From contig DASRWV010000087.1 of NCBI GenBank assembly GCA_035687505.1, forward strand, positions 7,204 to 71,203: a stretch of DNA of 64,000 nt, read 5' to 3'. A program made the position numbers and the translations under genes. How positions within the stretch are numbered: position 1 is the stretch's first letter; every line of letters starts with the position of its first letter. The notes under the pieces are model-generated. The model was not told the origin of the DNA and made no database searches. It saw only the letters and a list, made by a program, of their open reading frames with translations. The stretch comes from Nitrosotalea sp. GTDB lineage: Bacteria; Chloroflexota; Dormibacteria; Dormibacterales; Dormibacteraceae. Shown in pieces: positions 45,740 to 57,861 of this stretch.

Positions 45740-46432
45740 ATGGCAAGCACCGCGCTGCCACCCGCGGATCTGCTTCCGGTCAGCCGCCGGGCGAACTTTC
45801 CTTACCGGATCGTCCGCTTGATCGGCGTACCGCTTCTGCGGCTGTGCTTTCAATTCCAGGTCGAGGGCCGCGAGAACGTCCCGCGAGCTGGGAACTACAT
45901 CGTTATCGCCAACCACCTGAACTGGCTGGACGAGTTCGCGCTCTTGCTGCTGTTCCCGGTCGAGCCGCGCATCCATTTCCTGGCCGACCCGACCCTTTTG
46001 GTAACGCGGAAGTTTCAGTGGTGGCTGATCCGGACGACAGGCGGCTACGTGCCCGTCGTCCGCGACCGCCACAGCGACCAGTCTCTGTTTCACCACGTGG
46101 ATCACTGCCTGGAGGTTGGGGGAGCCGTGGCGATCTTCCCGGAGGCCAACTACGGACCGAAAGAGGGCGAGCTCATGCCCTTCAAAAAGGGCTTCGCCCA
46201 CTTTGCGATCAAGGCCGGCGTACCAGTCGTTCCCGTCGCCCTTTCGGGCACCAAAGACCTTTGGTTTCGCAAGCGGATCCGGGTGGTCATCGGCAAGCCG
46301 ATCGAGACCGCCGGCCACACTCCCGAGTCGCTGACCGAGGCAGCTTTTCAGACCATCAAACAGCTGCTTCCCGAATACAGAGAACCTGCCGGTCGCAAGC
46401 TCCTCAGGCGCCGCCTAACCCACCTTTTTTAG
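45740..46432 (+). CDS. plsC: 1-acyl-sn-glycerol-3-phosphate acyltransferase family protein
   Basis: HX4D motif (IANHLNWLDEF) and an FPEANYG block. Confidence 0.8.
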   Translation: MASTALPPADLLPVSRRANFPYRIVRLIGVPLLRLCFQFQVEGRENVPRAGNYIVIANHLNWLDEFALLLLFPVEPRIHFLADPTLLVTRKFQWWLIRTTGGYVPVVRDRHSDQSLFHHVDHCLEVGGAVAIFPEANYGPKEGELMPFKKGFAHFAIKAGVPVVPVALSGTKDLWFRKRIRVVIGKPIETAGHTPESLTEAAFQTIKQLLPEYREPAGRKLLRRRLTHLF

Positions 46433-46580
46433 GACTTCTAGAGCGAGACAAAGCCGGGACCCTTTTGGTAAGGTGCCCTTCCGCGGTAACTGAGCAGCCC
46501 TTCCAACGTCTTCGCCAAGAGCTCAGGCCTGATCAACGCCCCGGGGTGGGGCTAATGCGAAGAGGAGCGTTAGGAAGGGT

Positions 46581-47162
46581 TTGCTGCCATTGTTTCGTGC
46601 GGTCCTGGTCTGGACCGTGATTCTTGCGGGCGTGATTCTGCCTCGGCTCGAGCAGCCGGTGGACGTGAAGTACGCCGTCGCCGTCACGCAGCTGAACGCT
46701 TACGACCGGGCTTCGGTCGTGCAGCAGACCCGCACCCAGCGCGTGCAGGCGGCACAGATGGCGCAGGTCAACGCATGGACCCAGGACCTGAAGCAGGGCC
46801 TGGCCGACTACCAGGCGCAGCTCGACGCTCTTGCCGCCGCCGAGGCGGAATCGCAGCGCATCGCCGCCTTGAACAACCACCCGCCGCCGCCCGCCTGGAT
46901 CGGCAAGATAATCACCGACGCTTTCAGCCCGCTCGGACACGACGCTGTCGTGTGGGCGATGCGCATCGCGTGGTGCGAATCGCGGTACCACCCCAACTCG
47001 GTGAACAGCAGCAGCCAGGCGTCAGGGCTTTTCCAGTTCCTACCCAGCACCTGGTCGGGCACGCCGTGGGCCAGCCAGTCGCCGTTTGACCCCGTGGCGA
47101 ACGCCAACGCCGCGGCATGGCTGTACAACCGCTACGGCCCCGGCCGCTGGGAGTGCAAATAG
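46581..47162 (+). CDS. Lytic transglycosylase-domain protein with N-terminal TM anchor
   Basis: IAWCESRYHPNSVN...ASGLFQFLPSTW catalytic block. TTG start preceded by AGGAAGGG. Confidence 0.75.
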   Translation: MLPLFRAVLVWTVILAGVILPRLEQPVDVKYAVAVTQLNAYDRASVVQQTRTQRVQAAQMAQVNAWTQDLKQGLADYQAQLDALAAAEAESQRIAALNNHPPPPAWIGKIITDAFSPLGHDAVVWAMRIAWCESRYHPNSVNSSSQASGLFQFLPSTWSGTPWASQSPFDPVANANAAAWLYNRYGPGRWECK

Positions 47163-47187
47163 CGGCCAGAGCCTGAACTGATTACGC

Positions 47188-47252
47188 CCCGTTGGTTCAA
47201 AAGGGGTGGAATTTCCGTCGCGATTGGGCCCGTTGGCGCCAACGGGGTGGAA
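47188..47252. repeat. Two 24-nt direct repeats 41 bp apart; the second contains the 18-bp palindrome CCCGTTGGCGCCAACGGG
   Basis: CCCGTTGGTTCAAAAGGGGTGGAA (47188-47211) and CCCGTTGGCGCCAACGGGGTGGAA (47229-47252) are 20/24 identical. TTGGCGCCAA occurs again at 47233-47242. Confidence 0.65.
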
Positions 47253-47262
47253 AAACTGAGGC

Positions 47263-48420
47263 TCAGTCCTTGGACGCGAGAGTGATCTGAAGCTCATAGA
47301 TCGCCTGCGGTTCGCTGGCGCCCTTGAGCAGCATTGGCTCGAAGCCCGCCACCTCAAACCCATCCGGCAGCAAGCCTCGCGTCGTCTCGGACATCAGCAC
47401 CTTGGCCGGCCGCACCTTGGACAGGTACGAGCTGTTGTTGACCGGGACGCCAATCAGCGTGAACTCGAGCCGGCGGTCTGAGCCGACATGCCCCGCGACC
47501 ACACTTCCGGTGTCCAATCCGATGCCGACCGAGATCGTCGACTTGCCGTCCGAAACCAGCTCGGTGTTCAAGCGCTCGATCTCCCGCACCATCCCCCGGG
47601 CCGCCTTCAGCGCCTGGGCGCCGTGGTCTTGCATGGGGTTGGGTGCACCGAAGACCACCAGCATGCCGTCGCCCTGGAACTTGTCGATGTTGCCGCCATG
47701 TGTCAGGACGACGTCGATCATCCGGGCGAAGTAGTGATTGAGGAACTCCACCAACTCCTCGGCTTCCATGGTCTGAGACAGCGTGGAGAAGCCTGCAATG
47801 TCGGAGTTGAGCATGGTGACCTCGCGGCGCTCGCCGGGGAGGAATTTCGTGTTGATGTCAGAGCGCGCAAGAACATAGTCGGTGACCTGCTTGTTGACAT
47901 GGAGCTCGAACAGCTGGCGCAGGAAGTTCGAGCGCTCGTACTGGCGCGCATTGTCGATCGCGATCGCGGCCAGGTCCGAGATCGCCTGGAGGAACTCCTT
48001 GTCCTGTTCCTCGAAGATGGCCGCCCGAAACGGGTTGTCGACGTAGACCGCGCCGATGACCTTCCCCTTGGTGACGAGCGGCACGGCGATGATCGACCGC
48101 AGGTTCTGCAGGATGACCGACTGCTGTCCCTTGAATCGATCATCGAGGCTGGCGTCGGTTGCCACGACCGCCTGGCCGGTCCTCACGACGTGCTCAATGA
48201 CCGTCTTCGACCCAAGAAACAGACGCGTCTGCTCCGGGTCGGCCTCGCCGCCCGACATCTGAACCGACATGGTGCCCGTGACCGGGTCGACCAGCACGAT
48301 GAACCCCCGTGATGCATGCATAAGGGTGATCACGCGGTCCATCACCTTGCGCAGCACGACCTCGAGCTCGAGGGACGAGCTGAGATCGCGTGCCAGCTCG
48401 TAGAGCAGGTGATCGCGCAT
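47263..48420 (-). CDS. GAF-domain-containing class III adenylate/guanylate cyclase
   Basis: N-terminal GAF domain plus a cyclase core (VTMLNSDIAGFSTL...KFQGDGMLVVFGAP...GIGLDTGSVVAGHVG). Start trimmed to ATG 48420; the track start reads through a REP-like element. Confidence 0.85.
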   Translation of the reverse strand: MRDHLLYELARDLSSSLELEVVLRKVMDRVITLMHASRGFIVLVDPVTGTMSVQMSGGEADPEQTRLFLGSKTVIEHVVRTGQAVVATDASLDDRFKGQQSVILQNLRSIIAVPLVTKGKVIGAVYVDNPFRAAIFEEQDKEFLQAISDLAAIAIDNARQYERSNFLRQLFELHVNKQVTDYVLARSDINTKFLPGERREVTMLNSDIAGFSTLSQTMEAEELVEFLNHYFARMIDVVLTHGGNIDKFQGDGMLVVFGAPNPMQDHGAQALKAARGMVREIERLNTELVSDGKSTISVGIGLDTGSVVAGHVGSDRRLEFTLIGVPVNNSSYLSKVRPAKVLMSETTRGLLPDGFEVAGFEPMLLKGASEPQAIYELQITLASKD

Positions 48421-48488
48421 GCCGAAATCCACTTCTCGGGCCAAGGGCACGGAGAGTGTAACGAAGCAAACCGCGACATCCGGCGATT

Positions 48489-48530
48489 TCCCTCTCCCGT
48501 CGTGGGAGAGGGGTGAGGGGGTGGAGGGCG
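48489..48530 (+). repeat. Second REP-like element of the same family
   Basis: CCCTCTCCC-GTCGT-GGGAGAGGG (48490-48512) followed by GTGAGGGGGTGGAGGG. Located in a divergent promoter region. Confidence 0.7.
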
Positions 48531-48535
48531 GGTAG

Positions 48536-52772
<4,237 letters not shown>

Positions 52773-52773
<1 letters not shown>

Positions 52774-53135
52774 TGGCCGCTGTGCAAACCGCCCGGGAAC
52801 GAACATCCCCCGCCATCGCGACCACACCGCCGTGGGTCTGGGTAGTGCTTGTGTTCGGGGCGGGGGTGATGGTCGCTTGGGCCTGGTTCATCCTCGGTTT
52901 TCTTTCCGAGCCGTCAGCAGTAGGCCGGATACGCGTCGTCCTCCTCACGTCCATTGCCTACTCGGCTGGTTCCGCCGTGGTCGGCGTGATCGGCGCGTTC
53001 GGTCTGATCAGGCGCCGACGGTGGGCTGGCACCGTGTCGGTGATCGCCTCGGCCGCCATGACGCTCACCATCGTCGGCGCCATCGCGGGGATTCCCGCTC
53101 TGCTCGGTCTGATGTCGCCTCGCCGATCTCCATAG
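52773..53135 (+). CDS. Small membrane protein (120 aa)
   Basis: TAATG overlap with the ligA stop. Three to four hydrophobic segments. Confidence 0.5.
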
Positions 53136-53140
53136 AGGTG

Positions 53141-53334
53141 AGTGTCCTGCCCCGGAAGGTCCTTGCGTCTTCATCGGCCCAGGCGGCCGGGCGCCTGCGG
53201 CGCTGAAGCCGGCGTCGCCTCCTGCGCGCGCTCAGTCACGCATCTAAGCGATGCGCTCCCTCGCGTGCTCGTCGTCTCCTTGGCTCCGGCCGCCGGTGCC
53301 GCGAATACGCTGCGGACCTCCGGTGCAGGACACT
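53141..53334 (+). repeat. Structured ~190-nt repeat element, copy A (candidate cis-regulatory leader, ncRNA or MITE-like)
   Basis: Long imperfect inverted-repeat arms closed by AGTGTCCTGC/GCAGGACACT. It fills the gap before gatC. The paralogous copy is at 56872-57063. Confidence 0.75.
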
Positions 53335-53341
53335 TAGCCCA

Positions 53342-53635
53342 ATGCCGCTTTCGCGTGATGAGGTCCGCCATGTCGCCATGCTCGCGCGTCTTGGCCTCGA
53401 GCCCGGCGACGAGGAGTTCTATGCCGAGCAGCTGAGCGGCATCCTCGCGCACATCGACCGGCTGCAGCAGCTGGACACCGACTCGATCCCGCCGACCGCG
53501 CAGGTGGTCGAGGTCGCCAACACATTGCGCGAGGACGTGCCGCGCCCTGGTCTGAGCCAGGCCGAGGCGCTCGCCAACGCGCCCGCGGCGGTGGACGGAT
53601 TCTTCCGCGTGCCCTCGATCCAGGAGGAGGCGTGA
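53342..53635 (+). CDS. gatC: Asp/Glu-tRNA(Asn/Gln) amidotransferase subunit C
   Basis: MPLSRDEVRHVAMLARLGL...QLDTD is typical of GatC. 4-nt overlap with gatA. Confidence 0.9.
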   Translation: MPLSRDEVRHVAMLARLGLEPGDEEFYAEQLSGILAHIDRLQQLDTDSIPPTAQVVEVANTLREDVPRPGLSQAEALANAPAAVDGFFRVPSIQEEA

Positions 53636-55095
53636 CCAACCTCACCGAGCTGACGATCAGGGAGGCGGCGAAGCAACTGCGCCTTCACTCGTTCTCGGCG
53701 GCCGAGCTGGTGACGGCGCACATAGACCAGATCGAGAAGCTCGATCGTCGCGTGAAAGCCTTCCTTCGGTTCACCCCCGAGCTGTGGGAGAAGCAGGCGG
53801 AAGAAGCCGACGCGCGGATCAACAACGGTGACATGGGTCCGCTCGTCGGAATCCCGATGGCCGTCAAAGACGTGCTGTGCGTGCGTGGTGTGGAGACGAC
53901 GGCAGGCTCGCAGATCCTCCGTGGCTTCAAACCGCCGTACACCGGTACCGCGGTCTCGAGACTCTTCGATGCCGGCGCTGTGATGTTGGGCGTCACGAAC
54001 TGCGACGAGTTCGCGATGGGCAGCTCGACGGAGAACTCCGGCTATCACCCGACGCACAACCCCTGGGATCTCGACCGGGTCCCCGGAGGCAGCTCGGGCG
54101 GCAGCGCGGCTGCGGTGGCGTCCGGCGAAGCGATGATCGCGTTGGGCACGGACACCGGCGGTTCGATCCGCCAGCCGGCCGCCCTGTGCGGCGTCGTGGG
54201 CATGAAGCCGACGTACGGGCGCGTCAGCCGGTATGGCCTCATCGCGTTCGCGTCGAGTCTCGACCAGATCGGTCCATTTACTCGATCCGTCGAAGACGCG
54301 GCGATCGTGCTGGAGGCGATGGCCGGCCACGATCCCCTCGACGCGACCAGCTCCAACCGCCCCAACGATGTGCTCCGCGACCTGGAGACGGGCGTGAAGG
54401 GCATGAGACTCGGCGTGCCGCGCGAGTACTACCACGTCGAGGGCATCGAGCCGGCGGTGAAGGCTGCAGTCGACAAGGCGATCACGTCTTTTCGCAACGC
54501 CGGCGCGGAGATCGTCGACGTCACGCTGCCGCATACGGACTACGGGCTCGCCGCGTACTACATCATCGCGCCGGCCGAGTGCTCGTCCAACCTCGCGCGC
54601 TTTGACGGGGTGCGATATGGAATGTCCGTGGACGACGCGCAGAACATCACCGAGGCTTACATGCGCACTCGGCGCAAGGGCTTTGGCACCGAGGTCAGGC
54701 GGCGCGTGATGCTCGGCACCTACGCCTTGTCGAGCGGCTACTACGACGCCTACTACCTGAAGGCCCAGAAAGTGCGGACGCTGATCAAGCGGGACTTCGA
54801 CCTCGCGTTCGAGAAATGCGACGCGATCATCAGCGCAACCTCACCCACGGTCGCCTTTCCGATCGGGTCCAAGACGCAGGACCCTCTATCCATGTACCTC
54901 TGCGACGTGCTCACTCTTGGCGGCAACCTCGCCGGGCTGCCGGGGATCAGCGTGCCGTGCGGAATGTCAGAGGACTTGCTGCCGATCGGATTGCAGATCA
55001 TGGCTCCGCAGTGGCGTGAAGACGTTGCGCTGCGCGTCGCGCGCGCCTATGAGGTGGCCAGCGGCGTGAAGGCGGAGGTGGCGCCTGTTGTCTAG
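53632..55095 (+). CDS. gatA: Asp/Glu-tRNA(Asn/Gln) amidotransferase subunit A
   Basis: Amidase signature [12 protein letters not shown]...[10 protein letters not shown]. Confidence 0.95.
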   Translation: MTNLTELTIREAAKQLRLHSFSAAELVTAHIDQIEKLDRRVKAFLRFTPELWEKQAEEADARINNGDMGPLVGIPMAVKDVLCVRGVETTAGSQILRGFKPPYTGTAVSRLFDAGAVMLGVTNCDEFAMGSSTENSGYHPTHNPWDLDRVPGGSSGGSAAAVASGEAMIALGTDTGGSIRQPAALCGVVGMKPTYGRVSRYGLIAFASSLDQIGPFTRSVEDAAIVLEAMAGHDPLDATSSNRPNDVLRDLETGVKGMRLGVPREYYHVEGIEPAVKAAVDKAITSFRNAGAEIVDVTLPHTDYGLAAYYIIAPAECSSNLARFDGVRYGMSVDDAQNITEAYMRTRRKGFGTEVRRRVMLGTYALSSGYYDAYYLKAQKVRTLIKRDFDLAFEKCDAIISATSPTVAFPIGSKTQDPLSMYLCDVLTLGGNLAGLPGISVPCGMSEDLLPIGLQIMAPQWREDVALRVARAYEVASGVKAEVAPVV

Positions 55096-56497
55096 CGCTC
55101 CGTGGGAAGTGGTGATTGGCATGGAGGTGCACGTCCAGCCGCGCACGCGCTCGAAAATGTTTTGTGGCTGCGCAGTCGGTCAGCTCGGCGACCCGCCCAA
55201 CTCCAACGTGTGCGAGGTCTGCCTGGGCATGCCCGGCACCTTGCCGGTCATCAACAAGGCAGCGGTCGAGGCATGCCTCAAGACCGCGCTGGCGCTCAAC
55301 TGCGAGATTCCGCGCCACACCAAGTTCGACCGCAAGAACTACATGTATCCCGACCTGCCGAAGGGCTACCAGATCAGCCAGTACGACCTGCCGATGAGCA
55401 TCAGCGGCTATCTCGAGCTCGACGGCCGCCGTGTGCGCGTCAGGCGCGTACATCTCGAGGAGGACACGGGCAAGCTCATCCACGCGGGAGACAAGCTGCA
55501 CCAGGCGCGGGAATCCTTCGTCGACCTGAACCGAGCAGGGGTGCCTTTGATGGAGATCGTCACGGAGCCGGACCTGCGCTCTGCCGACGAGGCGCGCGAC
55601 TACGCGGTCGCCCTGCGCACGCTGCTCCGGACGATCGGCGCCTCCGAGGCGGAGATGGAGAAGGGCCAGCTGAGGGCGGAGCCGAACATCTCGCTACGCC
55701 GCGCGGGGACGGAGGAGCTGGGCGTGAAGACGGAGCTCAAGAACATCAACTCGTTCCGCGCCCTTCACCGCGCCATCAGTTTCGAGGTGGCGCGCCAGAC
55801 CGAGGTTCTGGAGTCGGGTGGCAAGGTGCTGCAGGAAACGCGCGGCTGGTCGGACGCCGAGCAGCGCACTTTTTCGCAGCGCAGCAAGGAATTCGCCGAG
55901 GACTACCGCTACTTTCCCGAGCCCGACCTGCCTCCGCTGGAGATCGACGCGGCCTGGATCGAAGATCTTCGCCGCGCCCTGCCCGAGCTGCCCGGCGCGC
56001 GCCGGGGGCGGCTGGTCTCGCAGTACGCGCTGCCGGCGGCCGACGCTGTGCTGATCGCCGCCGACCGCGACCTCGCCGACCTCTTCGAGGCAGCTGTCGC
56101 GGCTGGGGCGGAGGCCAAGCCAGTGGCCAACTGGATCATCGGAGAGGTCGCGCCAACCGGCAAGATCCCGACTCCGGAGCACCTTGCAGAGCTCGTGAAG
56201 CTCGTCACGTCCGGGAACGTCACGCGTGACCAGGCGCGCGAGGTGCTCCTCGAGTCGGTCGAGACAGGCCTCTCACCGACCAAGATCGTCGCCGAGCACG
56301 GGTACGCACAGGTCAGTGACGAGTCCACCCTGCAGGATGAGGTCGAGGCCGTGATGGCGGCCAACCCGAGGGCGGTCGAGGACTACAGGGCGGGCAAGAA
56401 GCAGGCTCTCGGTGCGCTCATGGCCGAGCTCCGGAAGCGGACGCCGCAGGCCAACCCCAAGGTCGCGAGCGAACTCCTCCTCCGGTTACTGGGCTAG
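55088..56497 (+). CDS. gatB: Asp/Glu-tRNA(Asn/Gln) amidotransferase subunit B
   Basis: [12 protein letters not shown]...KMFCGC...[15 protein letters not shown]. The TTG start overlaps gatA by 8 nt. Confidence 0.95.
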   Translation: MSSAPWEVVIGMEVHVQPRTRSKMFCGCAVGQLGDPPNSNVCEVCLGMPGTLPVINKAAVEACLKTALALNCEIPRHTKFDRKNYMYPDLPKGYQISQYDLPMSISGYLELDGRRVRVRRVHLEEDTGKLIHAGDKLHQARESFVDLNRAGVPLMEIVTEPDLRSADEARDYAVALRTLLRTIGASEAEMEKGQLRAEPNISLRRAGTEELGVKTELKNINSFRALHRAISFEVARQTEVLESGGKVLQETRGWSDAEQRTFSQRSKEFAEDYRYFPEPDLPPLEIDAAWIEDLRRALPELPGARRGRLVSQYALPAADAVLIAADRDLADLFEAAVAAGAEAKPVANWIIGEVAPTGKIPTPEHLAELVKLVTSGNVTRDQAREVLLESVETGLSPTKIVAEHGYAQVSDESTLQDEVEAVMAANPRAVEDYRAGKKQALGALMAELRKRTPQANPKVASELLLRLLG

Positions 56498-56851
56498 GGG
56501 GCCACCCGGCCGGCGGGAGAGCCACGTGCTGTACACGAACAGACCAGCCCCGATCAGGTAGGTCGCCAAAGCGACGGCGACGAGGGCCCCGCCCACGAAC
56601 TCGGAGACGAAAGTGGTGAGGCCGAGCGCGACTATCGAAGCTCCCAGGCCGATCGCGGTCAAGCCCAAGAGGCGGACCACCCCCGGCGTAACTCGCGTGA
56701 TCGGACCGAGCATCCAGTCTCTGAACCAGCCCGGCAAGCTGCCCTGGACGACCAGGTACAGGCCGATTCCGAGCAAAGGCCCGCCAACCGCATAGGAAAT
56801 TCCAAGCACCACCCACCCCACGGCGGGCCATTTTAGCCAGAAACACCCCAT
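56486..56851 (-). CDS. Small membrane protein (121 aa)
   Basis: Four hydrophobic segments. The 3' end overlaps gatB by 12 nt, tail to tail. Confidence 0.5.
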   Translation of the reverse strand: MGCFWLKWPAVGWVVLGISYAVGGPLLGIGLYLVVQGSLPGWFRDWMLGPITRVTPGVVRLLGLTAIGLGASIVALGLTTFVSEFVGGALVAVALATYLIGAGLFVYSTWLSRRPGGPLAQ

Positions 56852-56871
56852 TTTTGCTCTCCAGCTAGCCC

Positions 56872-57063
56872 AGTGTCCAGCCCCGGAATTCCTTGCGTCT
56901 TCGTCGGCCCGGGCGACCGGGCGCCTTTGGCGCTGAAGCCTGCGTCAAGGGGCCCGGCGCTGCGGAGTCACGCATCACGGATGCGCTCCTCCTTGCGCCA
57001 CCCTTTCCTTGGCTCCGGCCGCCAGTGCCGCGAATACGCTGCGGACCTCCGGTGCTGGACACT
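56872..57063 (+). repeat. Structured ~190-nt repeat element, copy B
   Basis: Same orientation as copy A. The 5' arm is 67/76 identical and the 3' arm 56/58 identical. Closed by AGTGTCCAGC/GCTGGACACT. Confidence 0.75.
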
Positions 57064-57069
57064 TGTCCC

Positions 57070-57861
57070 GTGCCCCTGCCGCCTGACCTCCACGTGCACA
57101 CCGAATGGTCGTGGGACGCTGCCCACGGCTCGATGGAGCGCAGCTGCGAGCGGGCGCTCCAGCTCGGCCTGCCCGGGATCGCCTTCACGGAGCACGCCGA
57201 CTTCGTCGTGATCCACGAGGGCCAGCACGGCCTCGATGTCGCGGGGTACCTCCAGGCGGTCGAGCAATGCCGGGCCCGGTTCAAGAACCTGCGCATCTTT
57301 TCCGGTGTCGAGCTCGGTGAGCCGCACTGGTTTCCCGACGAGACTGCAGCCGTCCTGGCCGCGGGCAAGCTGGATCGCGTGCTCGGCTCGATCCACTGTG
57401 TGCACCTGGACGGCAAGCCGGTCGACGCAAGCCAGTTTCGCGATCTGCCGCCTTCGGCATTTGGCGGCGCGGTGAGGGAGTTTTTCCGCGAGACGCTCGC
57501 CCTGGTCGAGAGCTCCCAGCAGTTCGAGGCGCTGGCGCATCTCGACTACCCCAAGCGCTACTGGCTGGAAGGCCAGGCTCCATATCGCGAAGAGGACTAC
57601 GAAGAAGACCTGCGCGCGATCCTCGTCGCCGCTGCGAAGCGAGGCCTGGTCCTCGAGGTGAACACGACCCGCGGCCGCACGCTGTGTCCCGACATCAAGG
57701 TGGTGCGCTGGTGGCACGAGGTGGGGGGGAAGGCCGTGCAGTACGGGAGCGACGCCCACCAGCCGGACAAGGTGGCCGAGGGCTTTCTGACGGCGACACA
57801 GATGGTCGAGTCGGTGGGGTTCAAGCCGGCGCGCGACCCCCTGGGGTTATGGCACCGCTGA
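57070..57861 (+). CDS. PHP-domain phosphoesterase (histidinol-phosphatase-like family)
   Basis: PPDLHVHTEWSWDA, FTEHAD, GVELG, GSIH and GSDAH metal-ligand blocks. Start is GTG 57070 or GTG 57052. The track start 56893 reads through repeat copy B. Confidence 0.8.
   Translation: MPLPPDLHVHTEWSWDAAHGSMERSCERALQLGLPGIAFTEHADFVVIHEGQHGLDVAGYLQAVEQCRARFKNLRIFSGVELGEPHWFPDETAAVLAAGKLDRVLGSIHCVHLDGKPVDASQFRDLPPSAFGGAVREFFRETLALVESSQQFEALAHLDYPKRYWLEGQAPYREEDYEEDLRAILVAAAKRGLVLEVNTTRGRTLCPDIKVVRWWHEVGGKAVQYGSDAHQPDKVAEGFLTATQMVESVGFKPARDPLGLWHR

Noticed and set aside
44862-47162. Genomic island integrated at tRNA-Lys.
   Set aside because: No integrase, no direct repeat of the tRNA 3' end and no mobility genes lie downstream. 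The neighbouring genes (membrane protein, PlsC, transglycosylase) look chromosomal.
4794-47252. CRISPR-like interpretation of the ~42-bp periodic repeats.
   Set aside because: There are only two (at most three) copies per locus. The repeats are 10-26 nt and the units are far shorter than CRISPR repeat-spacer units. No cas genes are present in the window.
53141-53334. T-box leader for gatCAB, prompted by the resemblance of GGTGCCGCG to the T-box GGTGGTACCGCG.
   Set aside because: The UGGN bulge and full T-box sequence are absent. I found no recognisable Stem I, specifier loop or GA (K-turn) motifs. The same element also precedes a non-aminoacyl-related PHP gene.
53142-53435. GTG-initiated ORFs starting exactly at the 5' end of both structured repeat copies (also 56873..57211).
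   Set aside because: The two copies differ by indels that are not multiples of three, so the predicted peptides are unrelated after a few residues. Conservation is at the nucleotide and pairing level, not at the protein level.
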